DNA of 64,000 nucleotides from Lachnospiraceae bacterium (GTDB lineage Bacteria; Bacillota; Clostridia; Lachnospirales; Lachnospiraceae): NCBI GenBank assembly GCA_024697595.1, contig JAILFK010000008.1, positions 23,972 to 87,971 of the forward strand, read 5' to 3'. Shown piece by piece: positions 55,304 to 63,389 of this stretch (position 1 is its first letter; each line of letters starts with the position of its first letter). The notes under the pieces were generated by a model. It saw only the letters and a program-made list of their open reading frames with translations, ran no database searches and was not told where the DNA came from. The position numbers and the translations under genes were made by a program.

Positions 55304-57142
55304 CTACAAAAACGCAACATACATGTTCCAATATGACACCATATATAACAAGCACATAACAGAAATAGATGCTATAGCATATGCATTTTTGTTGATTCTT
55401 GCAGATAAGAAATTGCCATCTCGACCTAGCATATACATAAATGGCAACAAGAATGGTATGAGATATCTCGGTTGGCAACCATTAATAATGTCTGCCGCCA
55501 CCGGTGTATAAATCAAATAAAATACAGTACATATTCCTGCTATGCCTATGATTGTAACAAGCATAGTCACAACTCTAGCCCACTTATATGACTTAACCTT
55601 ATTAGCGCCTCTATCGACAATCGCTGTAACAGCCAATAATATAAACGCTAATACTCCGCCTTGACTAGTTCCTAAATAACCAATAGTTGTTAAATACCCA
55701 CCAGCTTTTGCAGGATTAACAAAATCTAGCATAAAGCTCGTTAACAATCCAAGGTATTTCTTTTTGTCATAGAAGATGTACCATAGCTGCCAACTTGGAT
55801 TTATTCCTTCTCCACCCCTGGTATCCCCAGGTCCTAATCCATGAGTAAATACAGGGTACACATAAATCATGAACGATATAAATGCTAATATCGCAATGAT
55901 TCCGTAAAACCACCTTCTCTGTTTATCATCTTTAAATTTATATTTAGGAATAAACAAAAATGGTATCGTCAAAACAATATATACCCACTTAGGGATAATG
56001 CCTATGGTAGCACAAGCAAACATGGCAAATAACGTCTTATTCGATATAGGTTTATCAGGCTGTTGTAACTCACCAATAAATATGGCATAAGCCAATACCA
56101 GCCAAGACAATACCCACCAATCATAAGAATATGAGCACGCCCAATAAAGTGTAGTAGGCGACAAACCTATTAATGCTATCAAAATCTTTCCATACTTCAC
56201 GCGCTTAATCGCAGCATACATTATGGCAATAAAGGCTAAAAGTATACCTATCTTTCCCGCCATAAAAACTGCAGTATATGGCAAGTGCAATCCCTTGGCA
56301 ATTATCATAGCCACCGCAGGTGCCACATAAGCTGGCGCATATTCACCCAACTGAGTATCATAGCCAGTTGGATCAGCGTTATTTAGCACATCTGCCAAGA
56401 CTGCTTTGTCTCTGCCATACAACTCATTTAAAGTGTCGCCATTTTGCTTCATCTGCTCGTAACTGTAATCATGATTTTTAACAATCTCTAAGCCATCCGC
56501 ATAAAACATAAACATGACATTTTCAGAATCATATTTTACAAAATCAAATACGCTCACCAACGAAGCAGTTCTAGCCCAATGAGTATCATCATCTGGTGAA
56601 ATCGCTATATATCTCGGACTCGAAAAAATTGTTGTAAGCCCAATGACTAGTGCAAGAACGACAAACATTTTTTCAACTTTAAGTTCTATATGATTTTCAT
56701 ATGCATTTCTAGCTATTTTAAATAATGTGATAATTAACGTAGCACACCCACAAAAGAATATGTATTTCCATGTGTTAAATGAGTCATCTGTATAAATGAC
56801 ATACTGTACGACAAAAATGACCACATATATCAGCACATATCCTAACAAAGACAATGCATAATCGCGCCAATTATCCTTAACATTTTTCATCCACCGAACA
56901 ACCGTATGTATAAATTCACACATCAAATCATTCAGCTTCGGCCACTTATATACCGCTAACGGAAATATAGCCACGCCAAACACACTTATAGCTGCGACAA
57001 ACAACTTATGCCATAACGCACATCCATCCAACCAATTCATAGATGAATTAAATATCACAACTAAAAGAACACATATCCCCCAGGTAACTCCCCCTACCTG
57101 TCTCCTTGTAATGTTCATCTTCTTCCTATAATTCCCTCTCAC
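55304..57142 (-). CDS. Large polytopic membrane protein, putative GT-C-type glycosyltransferase
   Basis: 612 aa with more than 12 TM helices. The first outside loop has SPDDDTHW (acidic motif). Immediately downstream of glf copy 2, overlapping it. Confidence 0.45.
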   Translation of the reverse strand: MRGNYRKKMNITRRQVGGVTWGICVLLVVIFNSSMNWLDGCALWHKLFVAAISVFGVAIFPLAVYKWPKLNDLMCEFIHTVVRWMKNVKDNWRDYALSLLGYVLIYVVIFVVQYVIYTDDSFNTWKYIFFCGCATLIITLFKIARNAYENHIELKVEKMFVVLALVIGLTTIFSSPRYIAISPDDDTHWARTASLVSVFDFVKYDSENVMFMFYADGLEIVKNHDYSYEQMKQNGDTLNELYGRDKAVLADVLNNADPTGYDTQLGEYAPAYVAPAVAMIIAKGLHLPYTAVFMAGKIGILLAFIAIMYAAIKRVKYGKILIALIGLSPTTLYWACSYSYDWWVLSWLVLAYAIFIGELQQPDKPISNKTLFAMFACATIGIIPKWVYIVLTIPFLFIPKYKFKDDKQRRWFYGIIAILAFISFMIYVYPVFTHGLGPGDTRGGEGINPSWQLWYIFYDKKKYLGLLTSFMLDFVNPAKAGGYLTTIGYLGTSQGGVLAFILLAVTAIVDRGANKVKSYKWARVVTMLVTIIGIAGICTVFYLIYTPVAADIINGCQPRYLIPFLLPFMYMLGRDGNFLSARINKNAYAIASISVMCLLYMVSYWNMYVAFL

Positions 57143-58241
57143 TCATATCAAGTGCTGATGCAATTACTGCATCCATATCGTAGTACTTGTACTCACCAAG
57201 ACGTCCACCGAAGATGATATTTTTCTCACCCTCTGCAAGCTTCTTGTACTCCTCGTACAAAGCACCATTTTTTTCATCGTTTACTGGATAGTAAGGCTCA
57301 TCACCTGGCTTCCACTCAGAAGAGTACTCTCTTGAGATAACAGTCTTGGGCAAATCATTACCCTCGTCATCCTTACCAAACTCAAACCACTTGTGCTCGA
57401 TGATACGAGTCCAAGGTGTCTCTCTGTCTGTGTAATTTACAGCAGCATTACCCTGGAAGTTTGGCTTGTCAAGAAGCTCTGTCTCAAATCTAACTGAACG
57501 ATACTCAAGCGTTCCAAGTTTATAATCAAAGTAAGCATCGATTGGACCAGTGTATACAACCTTGTCCGCAATCTTATCTAACTCTTCTTTGTTTTCTAAA
57601 TAATCAACATTTAACTCAACCTCGATACCATCTAATAGGTTTGCAACCATCTTGGTGTATCCGCCCATTGGAATTCCCTGATATAACGCATTGAAATAGT
57701 TGTTGTCAAATGTAAGTCTAACAGGAAGTCTCTTGATGATAAATGCAGGTAAGTCCTTGCAATCACGTCCCCACTGCTTCTCTGTGTATCCTTTTACAAG
57801 TTTCTCATAGATATCTGTACCGATAAGTGAGATTGCCTGCTCCTCTAAGTTCTTAGGCTCAGTAATTCCAGCTTCCTTCTTCTGCTCCTCAATCTTGGCA
57901 GCTGCTTCCTCTGGAGTAACCACACCCCACATCTTGTTGAATGTGTACATATTGAAAGGAAGTGAATAAAGCTCTCCCTTGTAATTTGCCACTGGCGAAT
58001 TAGTAAATCTATTGAACTCAGCATACTGAGTAATATAATCCCATACCTTTTTATTATTAGTATGGAAGATATGTGCTCCGTACTTGTGTACATGAATTCC
58101 CTCTACATCCTCTGTATATACATTTCCTGCAATATTAGGTCTTTTATCAATAACCTTTACAGTCTTTCCAGCCTTAACAGCTTCTCTTGCGAATACTGCT
58201 CCGTATAGGCCAGAACCTACTACTAAATAATCGTAATGCAT
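57126..58241 (-). CDS. glf: UDP-galactopyranose mutase (copy 2)
   Basis: YDYLVVGSGLYGAVFAREA, AGNVYT, KYGAHIFHTNN and GGRLGEYKYYDMD. Confidence 0.93.
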   Translation of the reverse strand: MHYDYLVVGSGLYGAVFAREAVKAGKTVKVIDKRPNIAGNVYTEDVEGIHVHKYGAHIFHTNNKKVWDYITQYAEFNRFTNSPVANYKGELYSLPFNMYTFNKMWGVVTPEEAAAKIEEQKKEAGITEPKNLEEQAISLIGTDIYEKLVKGYTEKQWGRDCKDLPAFIIKRLPVRLTFDNNYFNALYQGIPMGGYTKMVANLLDGIEVELNVDYLENKEELDKIADKVVYTGPIDAYFDYKLGTLEYRSVRFETELLDKPNFQGNAAVNYTDRETPWTRIIEHKWFEFGKDDEGNDLPKTVISREYSSEWKPGDEPYYPVNDEKNGALYEEYKKLAEGEKNIIFGGRLGEYKYYDMDAVIASALDMSEREL

Positions 58242-58280
58242 CTCTTTTTCTCCTTCTCTTGCATAATTACAGATAGAGTA

Positions 58281-58309
58281 ATTTTACCACAATACTTATA
58301 TCTAGACAA
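58281..58309 (-). promoter_or_regulatory. Putative sigma-A promoter of the glf-led block C operon
   Basis: On the minus strand: TTGTCT, 17 nt, TAAAAT, with TGG immediately upstream (extended -10). About 40 nt upstream of the glf ATG and just downstream of the terminator at 58317-58358. Confidence 0.45.
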
Positions 58310-58316
58310 ACTTCTG

Positions 58317-58358
58317 CACAAAAAGAAGGACTGATAAAAATGTAATTTATCAGTCCTT
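58317..58358 (-). terminator. Rho-independent terminator after the Zn-ribbon protein gene
   Basis: Perfect 13-bp stem AAGGACTGATAAA/TTTATCAGTCCTT (58326-58358) with a 7-nt loop, followed on the minus strand by CTTTTTGTG. Confidence 0.85.
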
Positions 58359-58385
58359 GCATTTTATTCTTATCAACTATATATT

Positions 58386-59786
58386 TTACTGACCAAAACC
58401 TTTTATCTCATCGCCAGTAACTTTATATGTATAATTATTTACATTGGATGTAACAATATCGTTGTACATCTCTGCTCCATCAACATATCCATTTATGCTA
58501 TAGAAGGAATCACCTATTGTTGAATATCCATCAAGTGAAATATATGAACTATATTTCACTTCATCGCCCATTGTATATACTTCATCAAAATTCACTGGGA
58601 AATAAACTACCGTTGGTCCAAACTCTCCTTCAGAGTGAGACACAGTACCCTTCATTACAACGTACACCTCATTGGACTCTCCATCCTTGTCCTTAAGCAC
58701 ATATCCACCTGCATATGCTAAATCAGCCACACTATATTCATTACTGTACGCTTGAGCCATATATGAAACAACCTCGTCGTTAGCCTGAGACTTCAAAGCC
58801 TCAAGTTGTTTCTCATTTAGATCATCTAAACTAGAAATATATTCGCCGAGTCCTTCTACCTTGTATTTCTTAGAAGTCTGCTTTGGAACATATCCATTTT
58901 TGTTAGCAAAACTATCAACATCGCCGATATTTGCTACAACAGTAACCTCATCACCATTCTTCAAGTAATAGCTATCTCCATCAACGTAAAAACTTATAGA
59001 ATCATTATTAGACTTTACATTTACTGATCCATCGCCGTTTGTTCCTTCAAATGTAACCTCTACATCCTTGAATACGTCCTTAGAAGAGATTTTCTCAAGC
59101 CCTTTTACCTTGTATTCAATATCCTTATACTTAAACTTATTCTTGAAATCACGCTTTAAATCAGATTCATCAATATCCCACTGATATACGATCTTGTCAC
59201 CATTGGATAAATCCTCTGATTTATCTAACTCACCATCAATATTGTATCTTACACTTTCTACAATCATAGAATCTGCATAGTCATCAGCATATGTAGCTAA
59301 AAATGATGACTCTAGTTCTCTACGTGCAGATTTAGAAAGCTTAATCTTGCCGTAATAATCTCTCTCAAACTTATCGTAATCAAATGTTGCTGTAGCAACT
59401 CCAATTCCATCATATCCTGAAACTTCGATCTCTACGTAATCATTTAAATCAACAGTCTTCGGCTTAAGAGCAAGCACTAAAATAACAATCAATGCTACAG
59501 CTGCAACACCTATGATTTTACATAGTTTAGAATTCTTGCTATAAAAACCTTTCACCTTGTCAATAAAACTTACACTATCTGAAACCACTTCCTCTGTAGT
59601 AGATTCAACTGATTCAGCTGTTTCTGGTTCAGCCTGAGATTCAACTGATTCAGCTGTTTCTGGCTCAACTTGAGATTCAACCTCTTCATTTACTTCCGGC
59701 TCGACTACAACCTCAATTTTTTCGCCGCATTTAGGACAAAACTTTGAATTGTCTGCTATCTGCGCTTCACACTTTGGACATTTCAT
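58386..59786 (-). CDS. Zinc-ribbon membrane protein with an acidic repeat linker and a large extracytoplasmic domain
   Basis: MKCPKCEAQIADNSKFCPKCGEKI (CxxC...CxxC), an acidic repeat, a TM helix IIGVAAVALIVILVLAL, and an ectodomain of about 350 aa. Confidence 0.6.
   Translation of the reverse strand: MKCPKCEAQIADNSKFCPKCGEKIEVVVEPEVNEEVESQVEPETAESVESQAEPETAESVESTTEEVVSDSVSFIDKVKGFYSKNSKLCKIIGVAAVALIVILVLALKPKTVDLNDYVEIEVSGYDGIGVATATFDYDKFERDYYGKIKLSKSARRELESSFLATYADDYADSMIVESVRYNIDGELDKSEDLSNGDKIVYQWDIDESDLKRDFKNKFKYKDIEYKVKGLEKISSKDVFKDVEVTFEGTNGDGSVNVKSNNDSISFYVDGDSYYLKNGDEVTVVANIGDVDSFANKNGYVPKQTSKKYKVEGLGEYISSLDDLNEKQLEALKSQANDEVVSYMAQAYSNEYSVADLAYAGGYVLKDKDGESNEVYVVMKGTVSHSEGEFGPTVVYFPVNFDEVYTMGDEVKYSSYISLDGYSTIGDSFYSINGYVDGAEMYNDIVTSNVNNYTYKVTGDEIKGFGQ
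59592..59684 (-). repeat. Tandem ~39-nt coding repeat (ESQxEPETAESVES)
   Basis: agattcaactgattcagctgtttctgg(t/c)tca... occurs twice. Protein reads VESQVEPETAESVESQAEPETAESVES. Confidence 0.8.
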
Positions 59787-59879
59787 CTATAAATCCTCCC
59801 TACTCTTTAATAAAACTTTTTCATCCTTACAAAATTATCCATATAATTTTCGGTGAATGTCTCTTTTAGTCTAACATAT

Positions 59880-60653
59880 CTACTTTTTTGTGTAAAATCG
59901 ACATTTTACATCATCAAGTACTTCGTCATATTTTAACATCAGATGAGTATATATCTCCTCTTTCTTTTTCTCGAATACATCCATCTGCTCTTCATTTATC
60001 TCAAGTTGCGCGGCATCTCCTCGCAGTCTAACTCTACAATCTAAAAATCCTAATTCATGTAGATAGTCCTCTGCCCATTCTGTTCTATCTAAATCTTCCC
60101 GGGTAATCCTCTGATTAGCTGGGATTCTAGTGGCAAGACAAGCATAAGACGGCTTATCCCAAGTAAACAGCCCTACTTCCTTGGAATATTTTCTCACATC
60201 ATCTTTGGTCAAACCGCACAGTCTAAGAGGAGATAGCACCTCCATCTCCTGCAAAGCTTTCATCCCAGGTCTATCATCATAATCATCACTGGCATTGGTG
60301 CCATCAATAATTACATCAAAATCATCTAACGCTGCTGCCTCTTGAATGGCCCCAAAGATGCTTTGCTTGCAATAATAGCACCTATTATCAGGATTCGCTA
60401 CCACCTGCTCGTCAGCAAATATATCAACATCTATCACCTGCAGTTCCACCTCTAATCCCATATCCCTAATATCGGATATCAGCCTTATGGCATCATCATA
60501 TTCAAATTGCGGTTGAAAGGCGGACCTGACATAATATGCCTTTACCCTCGTGGCATATTTTGCTGCAGCATATAATAGATACGCTGAATCCACACCGCCC
60601 GAAAAAGCTAGAGCCACTCTATTATATTTTTCAAAAAATTCTTGTAATGTCAT
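59880..60653 (-). CDS. larE: PP-loop ATP-utilising enzyme, LarE-like sulfur transferase family
   Basis: ALAFSGGVDSAYLL (PP-loop SGGxDS), and PSYACLATRIPANQRIT...RVRLRGDAAQLEI, as in the LarE/TIGR00268 family. Confidence 0.7.
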   Translation of the reverse strand: MTLQEFFEKYNRVALAFSGGVDSAYLLYAAAKYATRVKAYYVRSAFQPQFEYDDAIRLISDIRDMGLEVELQVIDVDIFADEQVVANPDNRCYYCKQSIFGAIQEAAALDDFDVIIDGTNASDDYDDRPGMKALQEMEVLSPLRLCGLTKDDVRKYSKEVGLFTWDKPSYACLATRIPANQRITREDLDRTEWAEDYLHELGFLDCRVRLRGDAAQLEINEEQMDVFEKKKEEIYTHLMLKYDEVLDDVKCRFYTKK

Positions 60654-60673
60654 ACTGTGAATTCCTTTTATAT

Positions 60674-61573
60674 TTATCTTCTAATATACATAAACGCACC
60701 TAAATTTCCTCGCTTACCCTTGGAAGCTCGATGAGAAAACAATATATCTGGATTGCAACAAGTGCACACATTTGTAGTTACTATATTTTCCACCTTAACT
60801 CCTGCTTCTGCCAATACAATCTCATTGGCGCGCCAGAGATTTAATTGATATTTACCAGCAGCCTTGCCATATGACAGGATTTCATTCACTCTGCTATTTA
60901 AATTCAAGCCCCAGTCACCACCGTCCGCAACATCACAATTATTGACAGCATCACCAAACTCTTTATAAAATTCCTCAGCCACATCCTCACTGACCTCATA
61001 ACAGTCTTGACATATGGACGGTCCGATGGCTGCAATTACATCCTCTGGCTTTGTGCCGAATTCCTCAGCCATCTTTTCTAATGTAGCCCGGCCCATTCTC
61101 GCCACAGTTCCTCTCCAACCAGAATGGGATAGACCTATTGCTTTGTTCACCGGATCCACAAAATAAAGTGGCATGCAGTCCGCATAAAAAGTCGAAAGCA
61201 CCACACCAGGTTCATCCGTCACAAGACCATCCACATCTCTATATGGTTTTTCTCTTGTGACGCCATATCCTCTGTCATCCCTTCCCACTCTAATTATATT
61301 GGTGGTATGAGTCTGATCCGTACAGACAAAATCTCCTATATCACAACCGATTTCATCTGCCAGTCGCCTATAATTTTCTATGACAGCATTCTCATCATCC
61401 CCACGAGTAAAGCTTAAATTCAAAGAAGAAAACATCCCCTCAGATACGCCACCCTCTCTTGTGGTGAAGCAATGCTTGATAAAATCAACCTCTTCAAGCC
61501 TCGGATAATATAGATAAGGCACATCTCCAGTATTTAACTTTATAATCTCATGATTGTCATTTTTATATTTCAT
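60674..61573 (-). CDS. pgeF: YfiH/PgeF family (DUF152) peptidoglycan-editing / purine nucleoside phosphorylase-like protein
   Basis: QTHT, DGLVTDEPG, YADCMPL, HSGWRGT and CTCC...FSHR. Confidence 0.88.
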   Translation of the reverse strand: MKYKNDNHEIIKLNTGDVPYLYYPRLEEVDFIKHCFTTREGGVSEGMFSSLNLSFTRGDDENAVIENYRRLADEIGCDIGDFVCTDQTHTTNIIRVGRDDRGYGVTREKPYRDVDGLVTDEPGVVLSTFYADCMPLYFVDPVNKAIGLSHSGWRGTVARMGRATLEKMAEEFGTKPEDVIAAIGPSICQDCYEVSEDVAEEFYKEFGDAVNNCDVADGGDWGLNLNSRVNEILSYGKAAGKYQLNLWRANEIVLAEAGVKVENIVTTNVCTCCNPDILFSHRASKGKRGNLGAFMYIRR

Positions 61574-61582
61574 ATAATCATC

Positions 61583-62380
61583 TTACCACATAAGTTTTAA
61601 TATATCTCCCTTGAGAAACATATTGCCCTTCACATTTTCCTTTATAGGTTTTATATATCCCTTGCTGAGATAATAAGCCATATTTTGACGTGTACACCCT
61701 AAAGCTTCACATGTCTCCCCTGTGTCCTTCAGATTGTGTTGCATATATTCAATCAAGTCCTCTTTATCGATACAATCTGCATCATCGATATCATGCAATC
61801 TCGCCGCTGGAACATCTATGGAATTATTGAAAGTCATCACATATCCCCCAGTTGCAACTACAGCAGAACTAAATAATTCCTGATTTTTTAATACATTTTC
61901 TATACCTTTTAAATCTTGCAATTTATGCATATCAATTTTCTTTACAGTTTTATCTGCAAAGACACACATAATTCTACCATTTTTCAAAGGCACACAATCC
62001 TCTAAATTCTTTTCCATTCGCTTTTGTACATATTCTGGAAGTTCATCAAGAGGTTTTATAACAAGTTCATCTAAAGAACATCGCCCTTGAGATATTTTCA
62101 ATAAATCCATCTCATTATACATAGGCAATTTATGTCTTTTTAATATACTTTGAATGTTTTGCCTGCCAGATGGAATCACTCTCTCCTCAACCCATTTTCT
62201 ACTATCATCCCTTGAAATCGTATATATATTATTTTTCACATAAGCAGAAAAAAGCAATGGACAATTCCACTCGTCCACATCATCAATAAGCTCAATAATA
62301 AATTGATTTTCCTTTTGATAATGTATCAAAGCGCCCAGCGTCATATCGTTTTCTTCGTCATATATCTCGTATATTCCCAT
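61583..62380 (-). CDS. Putative HipS-like (HipA N-subdomain-like), DUF2442-like and C-terminal HTH fusion protein; candidate antitoxin/repressor
   Basis: N-terminal WVEERVIPSGRQNIQSILKRHKLPMYNEMDLLKISQGRCSLDELVI resembles the HipA N-terminal LLPEG..R...L...GxDxxGA region. The middle part is VPLKNGRIMCVFADKTVKKIDMHKL...GGYVMTFNNSIDVPAARLH. The C-terminal part GETCEALGCTRQNMAYYLSKGYIKP is HTH-like. Its ATG abuts the upstream stop. Confidence 0.4.
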   Translation of the reverse strand: MGIYEIYDEENDMTLGALIHYQKENQFIIELIDDVDEWNCPLLFSAYVKNNIYTISRDDSRKWVEERVIPSGRQNIQSILKRHKLPMYNEMDLLKISQGRCSLDELVIKPLDELPEYVQKRMEKNLEDCVPLKNGRIMCVFADKTVKKIDMHKLQDLKGIENVLKNQELFSSAVVATGGYVMTFNNSIDVPAARLHDIDDADCIDKEDLIEYMQHNLKDTGETCEALGCTRQNMAYYLSKGYIKPIKENVKGNMFLKGDILKLMW

Positions 62381-63199
62381 CTACATGCCCTCATTTAATT
62401 TCATATATTTCTTATATCTCTTCCATATCATTTCCCAGATTTTTGATATCCTCTCATCTGATAAGACTCCATCTAAATCTTCAAATATAAAATTCTTATC
62501 TGTCTTCTTCAATTCATTTTTGAAGACATATCTACCATCTAACAGCTTTAAATTTTCATAGCAAGATCTAGAACCAATGAAATTCTGGCAAGGCCTATCT
62601 TCCATGACATCATAACCGACCACATCCTCTTCTTTACATGAATAAAGCAATGATACTCCGTGGTCAAACAACGGCGCTATTCTCAAAGTTTTCTTTTTAG
62701 AATTTCTCAACACCTCCACATTGGCGCCATGTCTATCACGATTTAATATTATATAATCCACCGCCAACATTTCATCTATGTATTGTTTCCAACCATTTCT
62801 CACGCAAAAGTCATAATGGCTTTCCCCTGCCTTGGCATTAACACGATAATAATCATATAAGGGAACTTTACTCTCCCCCTTTTCTTTAAAATCCTCTGAC
62901 CGACATACATATGTGGTAAATGTAAGACCATCGATTTTTACATCCGCATACACCAATTGATAATGGAGATGTTCCACCCCAAGAACCGTCAATAATCTAT
63001 CCACGATTATTTCATTAACACACTCATGGCCCACAATGCCCTCAACGGAATTAAAATTGGATAGTTTATAGTACACCTTCTTTGGACCTATAGTTGATTC
63101 TGATTTTAAAAATGTACCAGCTGTACCACTAGAACTACGTATGTGATCCCATTTCAAATATGTCAGGTCCTGTTTTTCTCTTATAACCATAGTCTCCAT
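62381..63199 (-). CDS. Minimal HipA-like Ser/Thr kinase core (HipT-like; lacks the HipA N-terminal subdomain)
   Basis: SSSGTAGTFLK (P-loop-like), HECVNEIIVDRLL, catalytic-loop-like DYIILNRDRHGANVEVL, and IAPLFDHGVSL (Mg-binding D). Confidence 0.6.
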   Translation of the reverse strand: METMVIREKQDLTYLKWDHIRSSSGTAGTFLKSESTIGPKKVYYKLSNFNSVEGIVGHECVNEIIVDRLLTVLGVEHLHYQLVYADVKIDGLTFTTYVCRSEDFKEKGESKVPLYDYYRVNAKAGESHYDFCVRNGWKQYIDEMLAVDYIILNRDRHGANVEVLRNSKKKTLRIAPLFDHGVSLLYSCKEEDVVGYDVMEDRPCQNFIGSRSCYENLKLLDGRYVFKNELKKTDKNFIFEDLDGVLSDERISKIWEMIWKRYKKYMKLNEGM

Positions 63200-63272
63200 A
63201 TATTTCCTCCGCCATTACGAATCAACTGATATATACACAAGTTTTTATCAGGCCTTTTAATTTTAGCTTTAT

Positions 63273-63286
63273 TTGACGTGCGTCAA
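63273..63286. promoter_or_regulatory. Operator-like palindrome TTGACGTGCGTCAA (copy 2, downstream of the -10)
   Basis: Perfect 6-2-6 inverted repeat, identical to 63316-63329, with 43 bp centre-to-centre spacing. Confidence 0.6.
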
Positions 63287-63300
63287 GTATTCTTGATATC

Positions 63301-63329
63301 ATTATACTCTGCGTTTTGACGTGCGTCAA
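63301..63329 (-). promoter_or_regulatory. Consensus sigma-A promoter of the HipA-like operon, with palindrome copy 1 overlapping the -35
   Basis: On the minus strand: TTGACG (63329-63324), exactly 17 nt, TATAAT (63306-63301). The palindrome TTGACGTGCGTCAA at 63316-63329 contains the -35. Confidence 0.65.
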
Positions 63330-63334
63330 ATATC

Positions 63335-63373
63335 ACAAAAAACCATCCCTTCTCAATAAAGATTAGGATGGTT
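63335..63373 (-). terminator. Rho-independent terminator of the pRiA4b-ORF3-like gene
   Basis: Stem AACCATCC/GGATGGTT (63341-63348 / 63366-63373), followed on the minus strand by TTTTTTGTG. Lies 17 nt past the stop at 63390. Confidence 0.7.
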
Positions 63374-63389
63374 CTCAATAAAGATTTTT

